DNA of 60,769 bases, filler included. It is 3 parts of 3 records of this genome, joined end to end, with 100 filler letters (N's around TTAATTAATTAA, not from the genome) between each part and the next. Parts side by side here need not be neighbours in the genome. Positions count along the whole stretch, not along the records: positions 1 to 14,519 come from SRR22947727_372; 2 more parts are not named here. The stretch is one strand, 5' to 3'. Position 1 is the first letter of the stretch, and each line of letters opens with the position of its first letter. The translations under genes and the position numbers were made by a program. A model generated the notes under the pieces. The model saw only the letters and a program-made list of their open reading frames with translations, was not told the DNA's origin and searched no databases. This document shows positions 1 to 10,152 of this stretch, piece after piece.

Positions 1-24
1 GTCTACCAATTCCACCACCCGGGC
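1..24 (-). tRNA. tRNA-Leu, 5' part only (cut by window edge; anticodon not visible)
   Basis: Reverse complement GCCCGGGTGGTGGAATTGGTAGAC is a typical tRNA-Leu acceptor strand and D-arm; follows tRNA-Cys as in cysT-leuZ. Confidence 0.8.
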
Positions 25-61
25 ATTTTTGTAAACTTTGATGATTATACTACTTTTTTTA

Positions 62-135
62 TGGAGGCTGAAGCCGGAATCGAACCGGCGTTAACGGCTT
101 TGCAGGCCGCTGCATGACCACTCTGCCATCCAGCC
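62..135 (-). tRNA. tRNA-Cys(GCA)
   Basis: Reverse complement GGCTGGATGGCAGAGTGG...CTGCAAA...GGTTCGATTCC...GCCTCCA; 74 nt, GCA anticodon, encoded CCA. Confidence 0.96.
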
Positions 136-215
136 AGGTCAGACTTGGTGTATTGTATACATGTATTATAAAAAGTAAATTTTATAATAGCTATTTGAAA
201 ATTAGAAATATAAAC

Positions 216-758
216 CTAAGAATTATTATTAAAAGAATTCATTGTATATACAAAACCAGTATATATTGTGATTATTAGTGATAAAAACATAAATACATCT
301 GCTAATATAATAAGAAGCATATTATTTATTGTTAAAGCAAAAAGATAAATTCCGATTGTGAATAGCTGGGTTGTTGTTTTTATTTTAGCAAGAAATGTAA
401 CTTTAGTTGCATCAGTTCTATTATTTCTAGCGTTTAAATCTCTTAATGCCCCTACCCATATCTCCCTTGCAATAATTAGTGATGCAAGAAACCCAATTAA
501 ATAACTTGAAAGATTAACTGCTAGACCAAAAAATAGAAATACTATCAAAATTTTGTCAGCCAATGGATCAAGAATTTCTCCAAATTGAGATACTGCATTA
601 TATTTTCTTGCCAAGTAGCCATCCAGCCAGTCTGTTAATCCAGCAATATAAAATAAAATTAATGCTAGCAAATAAGCTTCTGTAGACATCAATAAAAGAA
701 AAATAATTGCTGCTAAAAGTATTCTTGAAAATGTAAGAAAGTTTATAAAAGTAATCAT
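216..758 (-). CDS. pgsA: CDP-diacylglycerol--glycerol-3-phosphate 3-phosphatidyltransferase
   Basis: DWLDGYLAR...GEILDPLADK CDP-alcohol phosphotransferase motif; hydrophobic; follows uvrC. Confidence 0.93.
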   Translation of the reverse strand: MITFINFLTFSRILLAAIIFLLLMSTEAYLLALILFYIAGLTDWLDGYLARKYNAVSQFGEILDPLADKILIVFLFFGLAVNLSSYLIGFLASLIIAREIWVGALRDLNARNNRTDATKVTFLAKIKTTTQLFTIGIYLFALTINNMLLIILADVFMFLSLIITIYTGFVYTMNSFNNNS

Positions 759-2542
759 TATTTGATATTCAATTTTATCAGATTAGCTATTTTGTCATTA
801 ATACCTCTTATAGTCATTAAATCTTCAATATTTGCAGATTTTATATTTTTTAAACTTTTAAATTTTAAAAGGATTCTATTTTTTAATATCGGGCCAATAC
901 CAGGAATTAAGTCTAGTTGTGATTTTTTTATAGCGCCCCTTTTCTTCTTTCTTTGCGCTGTTATTGCAAATCTATGAGATTCATCTCTTACCTCTTGAAG
1001 TAAAAGAAATGCTTTTGAATATTTATCAAATTCTATTACTCCTGCCTCAGATAAAATAGTTTCTGTAGCCCGAACTCTGTCAGATCCTTTAACAATTGAA
1101 ATTACTTTTATATCTTTATGCTTAGATGCTTTGATAACAGATTTGGCAAATTTCAGTTGAGTTTTTCCTCCATCAATAAGAATAATATCTGGTCTTGTTT
1201 CTTTATCTTTATAATATTTAAGCCTCCTTCCCATGACATGCTTTAGGGAACCAACATCATTGCCAGATAATTCTTTTGGAATATTAAATAATCGATAATC
1301 TTGATTGCTAGGCCCGGAGTCTGAAAAAATAATACAAGATGCAACCGCATGATCTCCTGAAATATGGCTAACATCATAGGCTTCAATTCTCTTTATAGGT
1401 ATCTTGAGACCCATTACACTTTGCAATTCTTTAAAAGCAAAATTATATCTATCCTCTTTGCTTAAATGATTATGTATTACTTGTTTTGCGTTAATTTTAC
1501 ATAGACTATAAATTGATCTTATAGCTCTTGATGGTGAGTGAGTGATATTAACTTTGATATTAAATTTTTTCTTAACTACTTTTTTAATTAGATCTTTTGT
1601 ATCCAGAGGGTTGGTGCATAAAATTTTATTAGGTATGTCTATCTGATTGTCGTAAAAATTTAAAATTGCTGACTGATAAATATCTTCTATTGATTCGTAG
1701 TATGCCTTCTTAATAAGATGGGTTTTAGTTCCTCTAATTTTTCCTCTCCTAACTACAATAATAGATATGCCTAAATAATCATCTTCTGAGTAAACAGAAA
1801 AAATATCTACATCTCTTGCAAGAGTTACAACCGATTGCTCTTCTCTAAGCAACTCTAATCTTTTGAGTCTATCTCTTATATCAGCAGCCTTTTCAAATTC
1901 TAGATTTTCTGAAGCTTTTTCTATTTCTGAATTTAATCGAGTTATGGTTTGTGAGTCTGATGAGGATAAATAAGATTTTGCACTTGCAACATCCTCAAAA
2001 TAATCAACTTTAGATATTTTTTGAACGCAAGGCGCTGAACATCTCTTCATTTGAAATTCGATACATGGTCGTGATCTATTTGAAAAGGTCGAATCATTAC
2101 AGTTTCTTAACCTAAAAATTTTCTGTATTTCTTTTATAGACTTTTTTACAGCGCCAGAGCTTACAAAAGGACCAAAAAAATTAGAATTCACAGCCTGTTT
2201 GGTTCTTTTAGAATATATTCCAGGGAAATCATGGTCTAGCGAAAAATAAATATATGGATAAGTCTTATCATCTCTTAAAAGAATATTAAATTTAGGTTTA
2301 TTTTCTTTAATAAGCATTTGCTCTAAGAGCAAAGCTTCAACTTCATTTTTAGTAGTAAAAGTTTCAATGTTATCTGTAAGAAATTTTATCTGAGAGGTCT
2401 TTCTATCTTTAATAGATTTACCAAAATAACTAGAAACTCTTTTTTTAAGATTTTTTGCTTTACCTATATAAATTATTTCGTGATTACTGAAAAATTTATA
2501 CACCCCTGGGGTTGAGGGTACTTTTGAAACGTCAACTGCCAT
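758..2542 (-). CDS. uvrC: Excinuclease ABC subunit C
   Basis: GIY-YIG (PGVYKF...YIGKAKNLKKRV), IDGGKTQ, RDESHRFA, HhH tail; likely start is the ATG at 2542 (MAVDV), overlapping the pgi end. Confidence 0.96.
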   Translation of the reverse strand: MAVDVSKVPSTPGVYKFFSNHEIIYIGKAKNLKKRVSSYFGKSIKDRKTSQIKFLTDNIETFTTKNEVEALLLEQMLIKENKPKFNILLRDDKTYPYIYFSLDHDFPGIYSKRTKQAVNSNFFGPFVSSGAVKKSIKEIQKIFRLRNCNDSTFSNRSRPCIEFQMKRCSAPCVQKISKVDYFEDVASAKSYLSSSDSQTITRLNSEIEKASENLEFEKAADIRDRLKRLELLREEQSVVTLARDVDIFSVYSEDDYLGISIIVVRRGKIRGTKTHLIKKAYYESIEDIYQSAILNFYDNQIDIPNKILCTNPLDTKDLIKKVVKKKFNIKVNITHSPSRAIRSIYSLCKINAKQVIHNHLSKEDRYNFAFKELQSVMGLKIPIKRIEAYDVSHISGDHAVASCIIFSDSGPSNQDYRLFNIPKELSGNDVGSLKHVMGRRLKYYKDKETRPDIILIDGGKTQLKFAKSVIKASKHKDIKVISIVKGSDRVRATETILSEAGVIEFDKYSKAFLLLQEVRDESHRFAITAQRKKKRGAIKKSQLDLIPGIGPILKNRILLKFKSLKNIKSANIEDLMTIRGINDKIANLIKLNIK

Positions 2543-3944
2543 GCTCTTCAAGATATTTCTTAGTGAAAATCTTGCCTGCACTCACTCCGTATTGATCAAA
2601 TGGATTTATTTGTAACATTTGTGATGTCAGAAAAGTTCTGTGCTCCCAGGTAGCTATAAGATAACCAAAGTTAAATGGATTAAGAGATTCTAGAGTAAAA
2701 AGATTTGTAGGTATATTTCCATTAACTTTTTCAAATTCTTGTAATTCTGCATCAGCTCCATTTGCTAGTAAATTAGATTGGGCTTGGGATTGTGCATATA
2801 AAAGTTTATTATTTTCTTTAATATCGGCAATTGTAAATACATCTGCGCAGACCGATCCAGTACCTTGATGAAGTAATTGAAAGTAAGAGTGTTGCGCTGT
2901 AGAACCAAAGCCACCAAAAACTATCTGTCCTGTCTTTTTAAATATTGAATCTTTATTGGGTTGCTTTCCAATCGATTCCATTTCAAGTTGTTGAGCATAA
3001 TCTGTAAAAAACCTCATTTTCCAACTATAGGTTAATAACACTCTGGTGCCTTTATCGAAAAAATTGTTATACCAAATATCGCTAAAGGATAGAGTTTTTA
3101 AAAACTCTTGATATTTACTGTCATTAAGAAATTGAGTGTCTGCTAAAGATCCTCCTTTTAAAAATTCAATAAACTGCTCGCCTAATTCAAGGATAGCTGA
3201 CAAAGAGATAGGCGACCACATAGAGTATCTTCCCCCAATTTCATTAGGGAATTGAATAATATTATTATTGGAAAAACCAAATGCCTCAGCTTTTTTTGGT
3301 TGTGAAGTTACTGCGATAAAGTGTTTATCAAAGTTGCACTTAATACCACTCCACTCTTTTGATAATTCAATGCTTTGTAGAGTCTCATCTGTAGTAAATG
3401 ATTTTGAAGAAACAATAAAGAATGTCTCCTCTTGGTTGAGAGGCTCAATCATCTCAGAAAATTCCATTACATCTGGACCTGTTAAAAAAATATGATTAAA
3501 AGATCTTTTATGTTCTGCTGTTAGGGTCTCTATTAATAATTTAGGACCCTCAAATGAGCCGCCTATTCCTATGGTGACAATGTTCTTAATTCCTCTATCA
3601 AGAAGATCATTTTTAAGCTTAATACAGGTATTAATAGATTCACTGCATGAATCTAAAATATTTTTATGTAATAAATTGTTTGGGCTATCTGAATATGCAT
3701 CTCTGAATGCATGATGAATTGCTGATTGGTTTTCAGTAGGGTTAACTATGGCTCCATTAAACAGTTTTTGAATTTGTTCTGATAAATTTAATGAATCAAA
3801 ATGAGAGTCAAATAAATCATACATTTCTTTGTTAAAGCCTTTTAAAAGAGATTTATACTTCAATGGCTTACTAGCAAAATTTAATTCATAACAGTCTTCA
3901 GTTATAGAAGCAGTCTGCTTATTAATTTCTTCAAATAATTTCAT
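2532..3944 (-). CDS. pgi: Glucose-6-phosphate isomerase (short, 470 aa)
   Basis: GIGGS, SKSFTT, GGRYSMWS, QQLEMESIGK, QHSYFQLLHQG, NPFDQYGV motifs. Confidence 0.93.
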   Translation of the reverse strand: MKLFEEINKQTASITEDCYELNFASKPLKYKSLLKGFNKEMYDLFDSHFDSLNLSEQIQKLFNGAIVNPTENQSAIHHAFRDAYSDSPNNLLHKNILDSCSESINTCIKLKNDLLDRGIKNIVTIGIGGSFEGPKLLIETLTAEHKRSFNHIFLTGPDVMEFSEMIEPLNQEETFFIVSSKSFTTDETLQSIELSKEWSGIKCNFDKHFIAVTSQPKKAEAFGFSNNNIIQFPNEIGGRYSMWSPISLSAILELGEQFIEFLKGGSLADTQFLNDSKYQEFLKTLSFSDIWYNNFFDKGTRVLLTYSWKMRFFTDYAQQLEMESIGKQPNKDSIFKKTGQIVFGGFGSTAQHSYFQLLHQGTGSVCADVFTIADIKENNKLLYAQSQAQSNLLANGADAELQEFEKVNGNIPTNLFTLESLNPFNFGYLIATWEHRTFLTSQMLQINPFDQYGVSAGKIFTKKYLEEHGS

Positions 3945-3950
3945 ATGCAG

Positions 3951-4619
3951 TTAAATAGAATTATGAATTGCTAAAAGAGCTTCTTTAACATTTTTGGCCT
4001 CAGTAATCGGTCTTCCTATTACAAGAAAATTTGCTCCTTGTTTTAAGGCTTCTTTGGGAGTCATTACTCTATTCTGGTCATCGTTTGAATCTTTTAGTCT
4101 TATACCAGGTGTAATTGATAGTAAAGATTCTCTTTTAGTAACTAGTGAGAGCTCATGCGGAGAACAAACAACACCATCAATGCCAGCTTGCTCAGCTAAA
4201 TCTAACATTTTATTAACTTGTTCAGCAGCAGTTCTTTTATAAATCAGTGATGTATCTTCGTCAGACAAGCTTGTTAAAGCTGTTACTCCAAATATCTTAA
4301 TGTCAGTTCCATCAACAGCATTCTTTGCAGCTTTCATCATCTCTAATCCGCCAGAGGTATGAATGGTCATCATATCTATAGGAAGAGAAACTAATCCCTT
4401 TATAGATTTTTTAACAGTATTAGGAATATCATGGAGCTTAAGATCTAAAAAAATTTTAAATCCTTTATTCGATGCATATGAAATAGCTTGATGGCCAAGA
4501 GCATTAAAACTAACGCTACCTACCTTTATCATACATAAATCACTATCAAGAGAATCAACAAGACTTTGGAAATTTACTAGTTGAGTCTCATCAACAGCAA
4601 CAATGATAGTTTTTAACAT
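3951..4619 (-). CDS. pyrF: Orotidine-5'-phosphate decarboxylase
   Basis: FLDLKLHDIPNT, TPGIR, VIGRPIT. Confidence 0.96.
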   Translation of the reverse strand: MLKTIIVAVDETQLVNFQSLVDSLDSDLCMIKVGSVSFNALGHQAISYASNKGFKIFLDLKLHDIPNTVKKSIKGLVSLPIDMMTIHTSGGLEMMKAAKNAVDGTDIKIFGVTALTSLSDEDTSLIYKRTAAEQVNKMLDLAEQAGIDGVVCSPHELSLVTKRESLLSITPGIRLKDSNDDQNRVMTPKEALKQGANFLVIGRPITEAKNVKEALLAIHNSI

Positions 4620-4642
4620 GATGTATAAATATTAAACTTAAG

Positions 4643-4936
4643 TTACTTTTCTATCAATGACTTTGAAGGCTTGAAATGCATCGTTGCAGTTTCTCCTAAA
4701 TAGGAGACCTCCTTAGTCCTTGGGTTAACAAATTTTCTGGGTCTAATATATTTTTTAGAAAATGTTCCAAATCCCCGAATTTCAACTTTCTCATCTAACG
4801 CAACAGCATCAACAATTGATTCTAAAATAGAATCAATTGCTAATGAAATTTGAGATTTATTGAGATCTGGAAATTCTTTGCTTAAAGCTAATTCAATGTC
4901 TGAGCGATTAAAAGTTGGTTGCTTTTTACTACTCAC
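4643..4936 (-). CDS. ihfB: Integration host factor beta (HU/IHF family)
   Basis: VEIRGFGTF, NPRT, HFKPSK; sits directly after rpsA. Confidence 0.85.
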   Translation of the reverse strand: MSSKKQPTFNRSDIELALSKEFPDLNKSQISLAIDSILESIVDAVALDEKVEIRGFGTFSKKYIRPRKFVNPRTKEVSYLGETATMHFKPSKSLIEK

Positions 4937-6236
4937 TCAACTTCAAAGAAATTCTTTCTCTATCTGCATCAACTGCAAATACAATACAGTCTAGCTTGTC
5001 GCCTTTTTTGTATTCTTCTAATGCCTCTTTAGGATCTTCTTCTTCAGATATGTCTGAAAGATGAATTAATCCATCTATATCGCCTTCTAAGCCAACAAAT
5101 ATACCAAAATCTGTAATAGATTTAATTTGTCCATCTACTTTGTCACCAATACCATATTTGTTAGCAAATTCTGTCCATGGATTGGCTTTTGTTTGTTTTA
5201 ATCCAAGAGATATCCTTCTCTTATCATGATCAATTTCTAGGATCATAACCTTAATCTTTTGCTCCATTTCTACAACTTTGGATGGATGGATGTTCTTGCT
5301 AGTCCAATCAAGCTCTGATAGATGAATTAGACCTTCAATGCCCTCTTCAAGCTGAGCAAAACACCCATAGTCAGTAATGTTTGAAACAGATGCTTCATAT
5401 ACACCACCAACAGCATAATTACTTTCAACATTTTCCCATGGATCATTCTGGATTTGTTTTAGACCTAGTGAAACCCTTAGCTTTTGTTTATCAAAACTTA
5501 ATATTTTTACGTCTATCTCATCTCCAAGACTTAAAAATTCAGCAGGATTAGTTACCCTTGACCATGAAATATCGGTTATGTGTAGTAAGCCATCTAATCC
5601 ACCTAGGTCAACAAAAGCGCCATAGTCTGTTATGTTCTTAACAACACCTTTAACTATTTGTCCTTCTTCAAGATTCTTTAACAACTCAACTTTTACAGCC
5701 GAGTTATTTTTCTCAAGAACAGCTTTTCTTGATAAAACTACATTATTTCTTTTGTAATCTAATTTAATTACTTTGAATTCCTGAACAGTATTTTCAATAT
5801 CTGGAGCCTCTTTTACCGGTCTTACATCTACCAAAGATCCTGGAAGAAAAGCTTTAACAACCTCTACTTCGACTGCAAAACCTCCCTTAACTCTGTTATG
5901 GATTTTACCAGTAACAAACTCTCCTGTTTCTAGAGCGTCTTCCAACATTTTCCATGTTGTTATCTTTCTTGCTTTTTCACGTGAGATTCTGGTTTCACCA
6001 TATCCGTCTTCAACGGCTTCAAGGGCAACCTCAACTTCATCGCCTACGGCAATGCTTACTTCTCCTTCATTGTTTCTGAATTCATCAAGAGAGACTACTC
6101 CTTCTGATTTTAAACCTACGTGGACTGTTACCCAGTCACTATCTACATCCAACACAACTCCTGAAACTATTGAGCCAGGTTGCATATCTAGGGTGCTTAA
6201 ACTTTCATCTAGTAAAGCGGCAAATGATTCTGTCAT
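4929..6236 (-). CDS. rpsA: 30S ribosomal protein S1 (435 aa, five S1 domains)
   Basis: MTESFAALL start, repeated YGAFVDL/GLLHITD S1 motifs; cmk-rpsA-ihfB synteny. Confidence 0.96.
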   Translation of the reverse strand: MTESFAALLDESLSTLDMQPGSIVSGVVLDVDSDWVTVHVGLKSEGVVSLDEFRNNEGEVSIAVGDEVEVALEAVEDGYGETRISREKARKITTWKMLEDALETGEFVTGKIHNRVKGGFAVEVEVVKAFLPGSLVDVRPVKEAPDIENTVQEFKVIKLDYKRNNVVLSRKAVLEKNNSAVKVELLKNLEEGQIVKGVVKNITDYGAFVDLGGLDGLLHITDISWSRVTNPAEFLSLGDEIDVKILSFDKQKLRVSLGLKQIQNDPWENVESNYAVGGVYEASVSNITDYGCFAQLEEGIEGLIHLSELDWTSKNIHPSKVVEMEQKIKVMILEIDHDKRRISLGLKQTKANPWTEFANKYGIGDKVDGQIKSITDFGIFVGLEGDIDGLIHLSDISEEEDPKEALEEYKKGDKLDCIVFAVDADRERISLKLSE

Positions 6237-6898
6237 TTATTTAATTTCCTTTTTGTGAGTTTTTTAGTAAAACTCAGTACTTCATCAAGCGACATTTCAG
6301 AAGAGTCAATAACTACTGAATCTTCTGCAGGGATTAAAGGAGATAAGACTCTGGTCTGATCTTTTAAATCTCTTTGCTTTATGTCATCAATCAGAGCGAG
6401 CATATTAACTTCTTGTCCTCGATTCTGCAACTCTAAATATCTTCTTTTTGCTCTAACTTCAGGGGAAGCGATTAAAAAAATTTTTAATTTTGCATTTGGA
6501 AAAACAACTGTTCCCATATCTCTTCCATCTGCAACTAATCCTTTAGTAGAATAAAATCCTCTCTGTAATTCAAGTAGATTACTCCTTGTTTCTTTTAAAG
6601 AGCTTATTTTTGATGCAGCCTTAGCAGTTTTTTCTGATCTTAAATCTCCGGTAATATCTTCTTTACCATCTTGAATAGTTAAGCCATTTAAGTCAGTTTT
6701 AAAAAATATATCTTTCTTAATATGTGAAACTATTTTTGAATGTTCTAGACCGTGATCATAAAGATATGCATAGACTCTATACAAAAGACCACTGTCTAAA
6801 ATATCAAAATTAAGGTGTACAGCAATATTTCTTGCCAAGCTTCCTTTGCCTGAGGCAGAAGGCCCATCAATAGTAATAATGTTATCTTTCATGGACAT
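6233..6898 (-). CDS. cmk: Cytidylate kinase
   Basis: ITIDGPSASGKG P-loop, DGRDMGTVVFP. Confidence 0.96.
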   Translation of the reverse strand: MSMKDNIITIDGPSASGKGSLARNIAVHLNFDILDSGLLYRVYAYLYDHGLEHSKIVSHIKKDIFFKTDLNGLTIQDGKEDITGDLRSEKTAKAASKISSLKETRSNLLELQRGFYSTKGLVADGRDMGTVVFPNAKLKIFLIASPEVRAKRRYLELQNRGQEVNMLALIDDIKQRDLKDQTRVLSPLIPAEDSVVIDSSEMSLDEVLSFTKKLTKRKLNK

Positions 6899-8192
6899 CT
6901 ATACCAAGAGTTTTCATAACATCTATAAAGTAGGGGAAAGAGGTAAAAATATTTTTACAATCTTTTACAAAAATTCCATTTATTGATCTCAAGCTAGCAA
7001 TTAAAAAACTCATGGCAATACGATGATCTCCATGAGAATCAATTTCGGGCGACACTTCGATATCTTTGGATGAACCAGCTATTTTAATTCCATCTTTAAA
7101 TAATTCATGATTTACATTGATTTTAGCAAGCCCATCTGAGATTGCTTGAAGCCTATCAGACTCTTTGACTCGCAATTCTTCTGCATCTGATATTGATGTC
7201 TCTCCATCTGCAAAAGCAGCAGCAATACTTAAAATTGGAATCTCATCAATTATGTTTGGAATAACATCTCCGCTTATGCTTATACCCCTTAAAGAAGAAG
7301 ATTTAACATATATATCGCCGACTTCTTCATTCGATGTAAGCTTCTGGTTTTTGATTTCTATAAGTCCTCCCATAGATATAAGAACATCAACTAATCCACA
7401 TCTTGTAGGGTTTAAACCAACATTTTTAATAACGATATTGGATTCTTTAGCAATTAAACCAGCAACAATTAAAAATGCAGCAGATGAAAAATCTCCAACA
7501 ACCTCATATGACTTTGAGGCTATTAAGCCTGAAGGAATATATGATATTTTATTTCCAGCTTTATAAGGAATGGATTCTATATTTCCTTGAAAGTGGCTGA
7601 TCATTCTTTCGGTATGATTTCTTGTAGGATGTTTTTCAATAACAATAACACTCTTGTTCGCAGCTAGTGCACAGAGAATAATTCCAGATTTAACTTGTGC
7701 GCTAGCAATTGGCATCTCATAAGTATAATTTTCTAGTATTTTCCCTGGAGATATTTTTACAGGAGGTTTGCCTTCGTTGCATGCTATTGAGGCTCCCATC
7801 TCATTTAATGGATCTGCTATTCGAAGCATTGGTCTTTTGGTTAATGACTCATCTCCTATTAGGGTTGCTTCAATATTTAAACTAGAGATTAAGCCCATCA
7901 TTAATCTCATTCCAGTACCTGAATTTCCTAAATCTACTTCAGTTTCAGGTTTTTTAAATGGAGTATTTCTTTTTTCAATAATGACGGAAGTTCCATTAAT
8001 TATTATTGATGAGCCTATAGCATTTAATGCATTAGCTGTAGATATGGGGTCCTCTCCATTTAAAAATCCCTCAATAGCAATATCTTCGTTGAGAATAGAT
8101 CCTAAGATAACTGCTCTTTGTGAAATGGACTTATCACCAGGACAAATAACCTCGCCAGAGATAGATGCGCTAGGTTTAGCAAATAGATTCAA
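6882..8192 (-). CDS. aroA: 3-phosphoshikimate 1-carboxyvinyltransferase (class II EPSPS)
   Basis: PGDKSISQR, GNSGT, SAQVKS, ELRVKESDR, DHRIAM; TTG start overlapping the tyrA stop. Confidence 0.96.
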   Translation of the reverse strand: MNLFAKPSASISGEVICPGDKSISQRAVILGSILNEDIAIEGFLNGEDPISTANALNAIGSSIIINGTSVIIEKRNTPFKKPETEVDLGNSGTGMRLMMGLISSLNIEATLIGDESLTKRPMLRIADPLNEMGASIACNEGKPPVKISPGKILENYTYEMPIASAQVKSGIILCALAANKSVIVIEKHPTRNHTERMISHFQGNIESIPYKAGNKISYIPSGLIASKSYEVVGDFSSAAFLIVAGLIAKESNIVIKNVGLNPTRCGLVDVLISMGGLIEIKNQKLTSNEEVGDIYVKSSSLRGISISGDVIPNIIDEIPILSIAAAFADGETSISDAEELRVKESDRLQAISDGLAKINVNHELFKDGIKIAGSSKDIEVSPEIDSHGDHRIAMSFLIASLRSINGIFVKDCKNIFTSFPYFIDVMKTLGIDVHER

Positions 8193-9061
8193 AACGTATC
8201 TTCTTTATATTTTTTTATCTCTTCTAGTTCATTTTTGAGCATTTCTGAATGAGAGAATGTTGATGGTATTTCTTTAATTTTTGTAATTAACTCAAGTAAA
8301 TTGTTGATTGAAAGTTGAAAGCTAGCTAAAGATTTGATTATATTTTTTTCATTAAGCTCAAATATATCTTTCCACATTTCCGGGTTTGACCCACTCAACC
8401 TAATGAATTCTTTTAAGCCTCCTCCTGCATTATCACCCGCCTCTGTTGAAGATAGTCTAATAGAATCAATTAGCGCATAAGATATTAAATGGGGTAAATG
8501 GCTTGTCATTGCAAATAATAAATCATGCTCATTGACGGTCATTTCAGAAACTCTCATAGATAATGCATGTTGCCAAAAATTAATAACCTTATTTATATGA
8601 TCTTCTTTAGCATCATAAGGATTGCAAATGATAGTCTTTTTATTGGTAAACAAATTCTCATCTAATGCGGATATACCTGATTTATCAGATCCAGCAATTG
8701 GGTGAGAAAAAACTAAATTATTTGGTGAATCAAAATTCAAATGATTTTTAACACTAGACGTTTCAGTAATGGTTATGTCAGTATTCCAGAGGCTTTTTAA
8801 AGATGAAATAACTGATTGGGTTGCCCTTGGAGAAACAGCAACAATAATTAGATCGATTTTGTCTATTAATTCCTTATTATTAATTTCTTCTATAGACTCG
8901 AAAGCTTTATCTATAATTTTGTTATCAGCAGCCTGAGCCAAAGTTGTTTGATCTAAATCATATCCATGAACAACCAAACCTTTATTTTTAGTGGCTTTTG
9001 CAAGAGAAGATCCTATTAAACCTAATCCTATAATTAATATTTCTTGAGCAGGATTGGTCAT
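8189..9061 (-). CDS. tyrA: Prephenate/arogenate dehydrogenase
   Basis: GLGLIG Rossmann motif, HPIAG, SHLPHL, MWKDIF. Confidence 0.92.
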   Translation of the reverse strand: MTNPAQEILIIGLGLIGSSLAKATKNKGLVVHGYDLDQTTLAQAADNKIIDKAFESIEEINNKELIDKIDLIIVAVSPRATQSVISSLKSLWNTDITITETSSVKNHLNFDSPNNLVFSHPIAGSDKSGISALDENLFTNKKTIICNPYDAKEDHINKVINFWQHALSMRVSEMTVNEHDLLFAMTSHLPHLISYALIDSIRLSSTEAGDNAGGGLKEFIRLSGSNPEMWKDIFELNEKNIIKSLASFQLSINNLLELITKIKEIPSTFSHSEMLKNELEEIKKYKEDTF

Positions 9062-10152
9062 GATAGGACCTCCGTTAATTTTTCTAAGAAATATTCATTC
9101 TCACCCTTCGTTCCAACTGTGACTCTAATATATTCAGGCATATCATATAAAGCTATCGGTCTTACAATCACTCCTTGCTTCATTAGGCTAGTAAATAAAT
9201 CTTTTGCATTAAAATTACCTTTGAAAGATATGAAATTTCCTTGAGAAGGTATGCACTCCATACCCATATCAGTTAGTTGTTGATATAAAAAATCTCTTTG
9301 ATGTGAATTTAGTTCTACACTCTTTTTTATATGATCTTCATCTAAAATAGCTTCGCAAGCTGCATTTTGAGCAAGGGAGTTAGAATTAAAAGGTTGTCTA
9401 ATTTTATTTAAAACTGCTATTAGGTCTGGGTGTGCAAGACCGTATCCAATCCTAAGACTTGCTAACCCGTGAATTTTTGAAAAAGTTTTAGTGATAAGAA
9501 GATTTGAATATTTACTCATTAATGCATTTGCATTTACATAATCCTCTGCATCAACATACTCAAAATATGCTAAATCAAGTATAACCAAAACAGATGATGA
9601 AATTTTGCTCATCATCGATTCAAATTCTTCATGAGAATTATAAGTTCCTGTAGGATTATTTGGATTAGCTACAAAACATATTCGTGTAGATTCATCTATA
9701 AATTCAGGAAAATCATCTAGTGCATGTTTCCAGTTTTTAGCAGGTACTTCAATAATTTTAGAGCCACATGATTGAGTAACAATTTTGTATACAGCAAAAG
9801 CATGCTTTGACATTACTGCACTAGTATCTTTATTAAGAAAGGCTCTTGCAGCAAGCTCTAAAACTTCATTAGATCCATTTCCAACAATAATATTCTTTTC
9901 AGTCAATAGCTCATGTCTTGCGATAAGTGCTTTTAATTTTTTAGAATCTCCATCAGGATATAAGTGCAAATCATTTGCTTGTGACAGGATCTTAGCTGCT
10001 TTTGGGGATGGCCCAAGAGGATTTTCATTGCTAGCAAGCTTAACTACTTTATCGGGCTTGTATTCGGCCACAACCTCATCTATTGATCTACCAGGTTCAT
10101 AAGGATGAAGCTCAGCAATACCTTTATTAATATTATCTAGTAGCTTATTCAT
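9058..10152 (-). CDS. hisC: Histidinol-phosphate/aromatic aminotransferase
   Basis: KLASNENPLG, NPNNPTG, KTFSKIHGLASLRIGY. Confidence 0.93.
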   Translation of the reverse strand: MNKLLDNINKGIAELHPYEPGRSIDEVVAEYKPDKVVKLASNENPLGPSPKAAKILSQANDLHLYPDGDSKKLKALIARHELLTEKNIIVGNGSNEVLELAARAFLNKDTSAVMSKHAFAVYKIVTQSCGSKIIEVPAKNWKHALDDFPEFIDESTRICFVANPNNPTGTYNSHEEFESMMSKISSSVLVILDLAYFEYVDAEDYVNANALMSKYSNLLITKTFSKIHGLASLRIGYGLAHPDLIAVLNKIRQPFNSNSLAQNAACEAILDEDHIKKSVELNSHQRDFLYQQLTDMGMECIPSQGNFISFKGNFNAKDLFTSLMKQGVIVRPIALYDMPEYIRVTVGTKGENEYFLEKLTEVLS

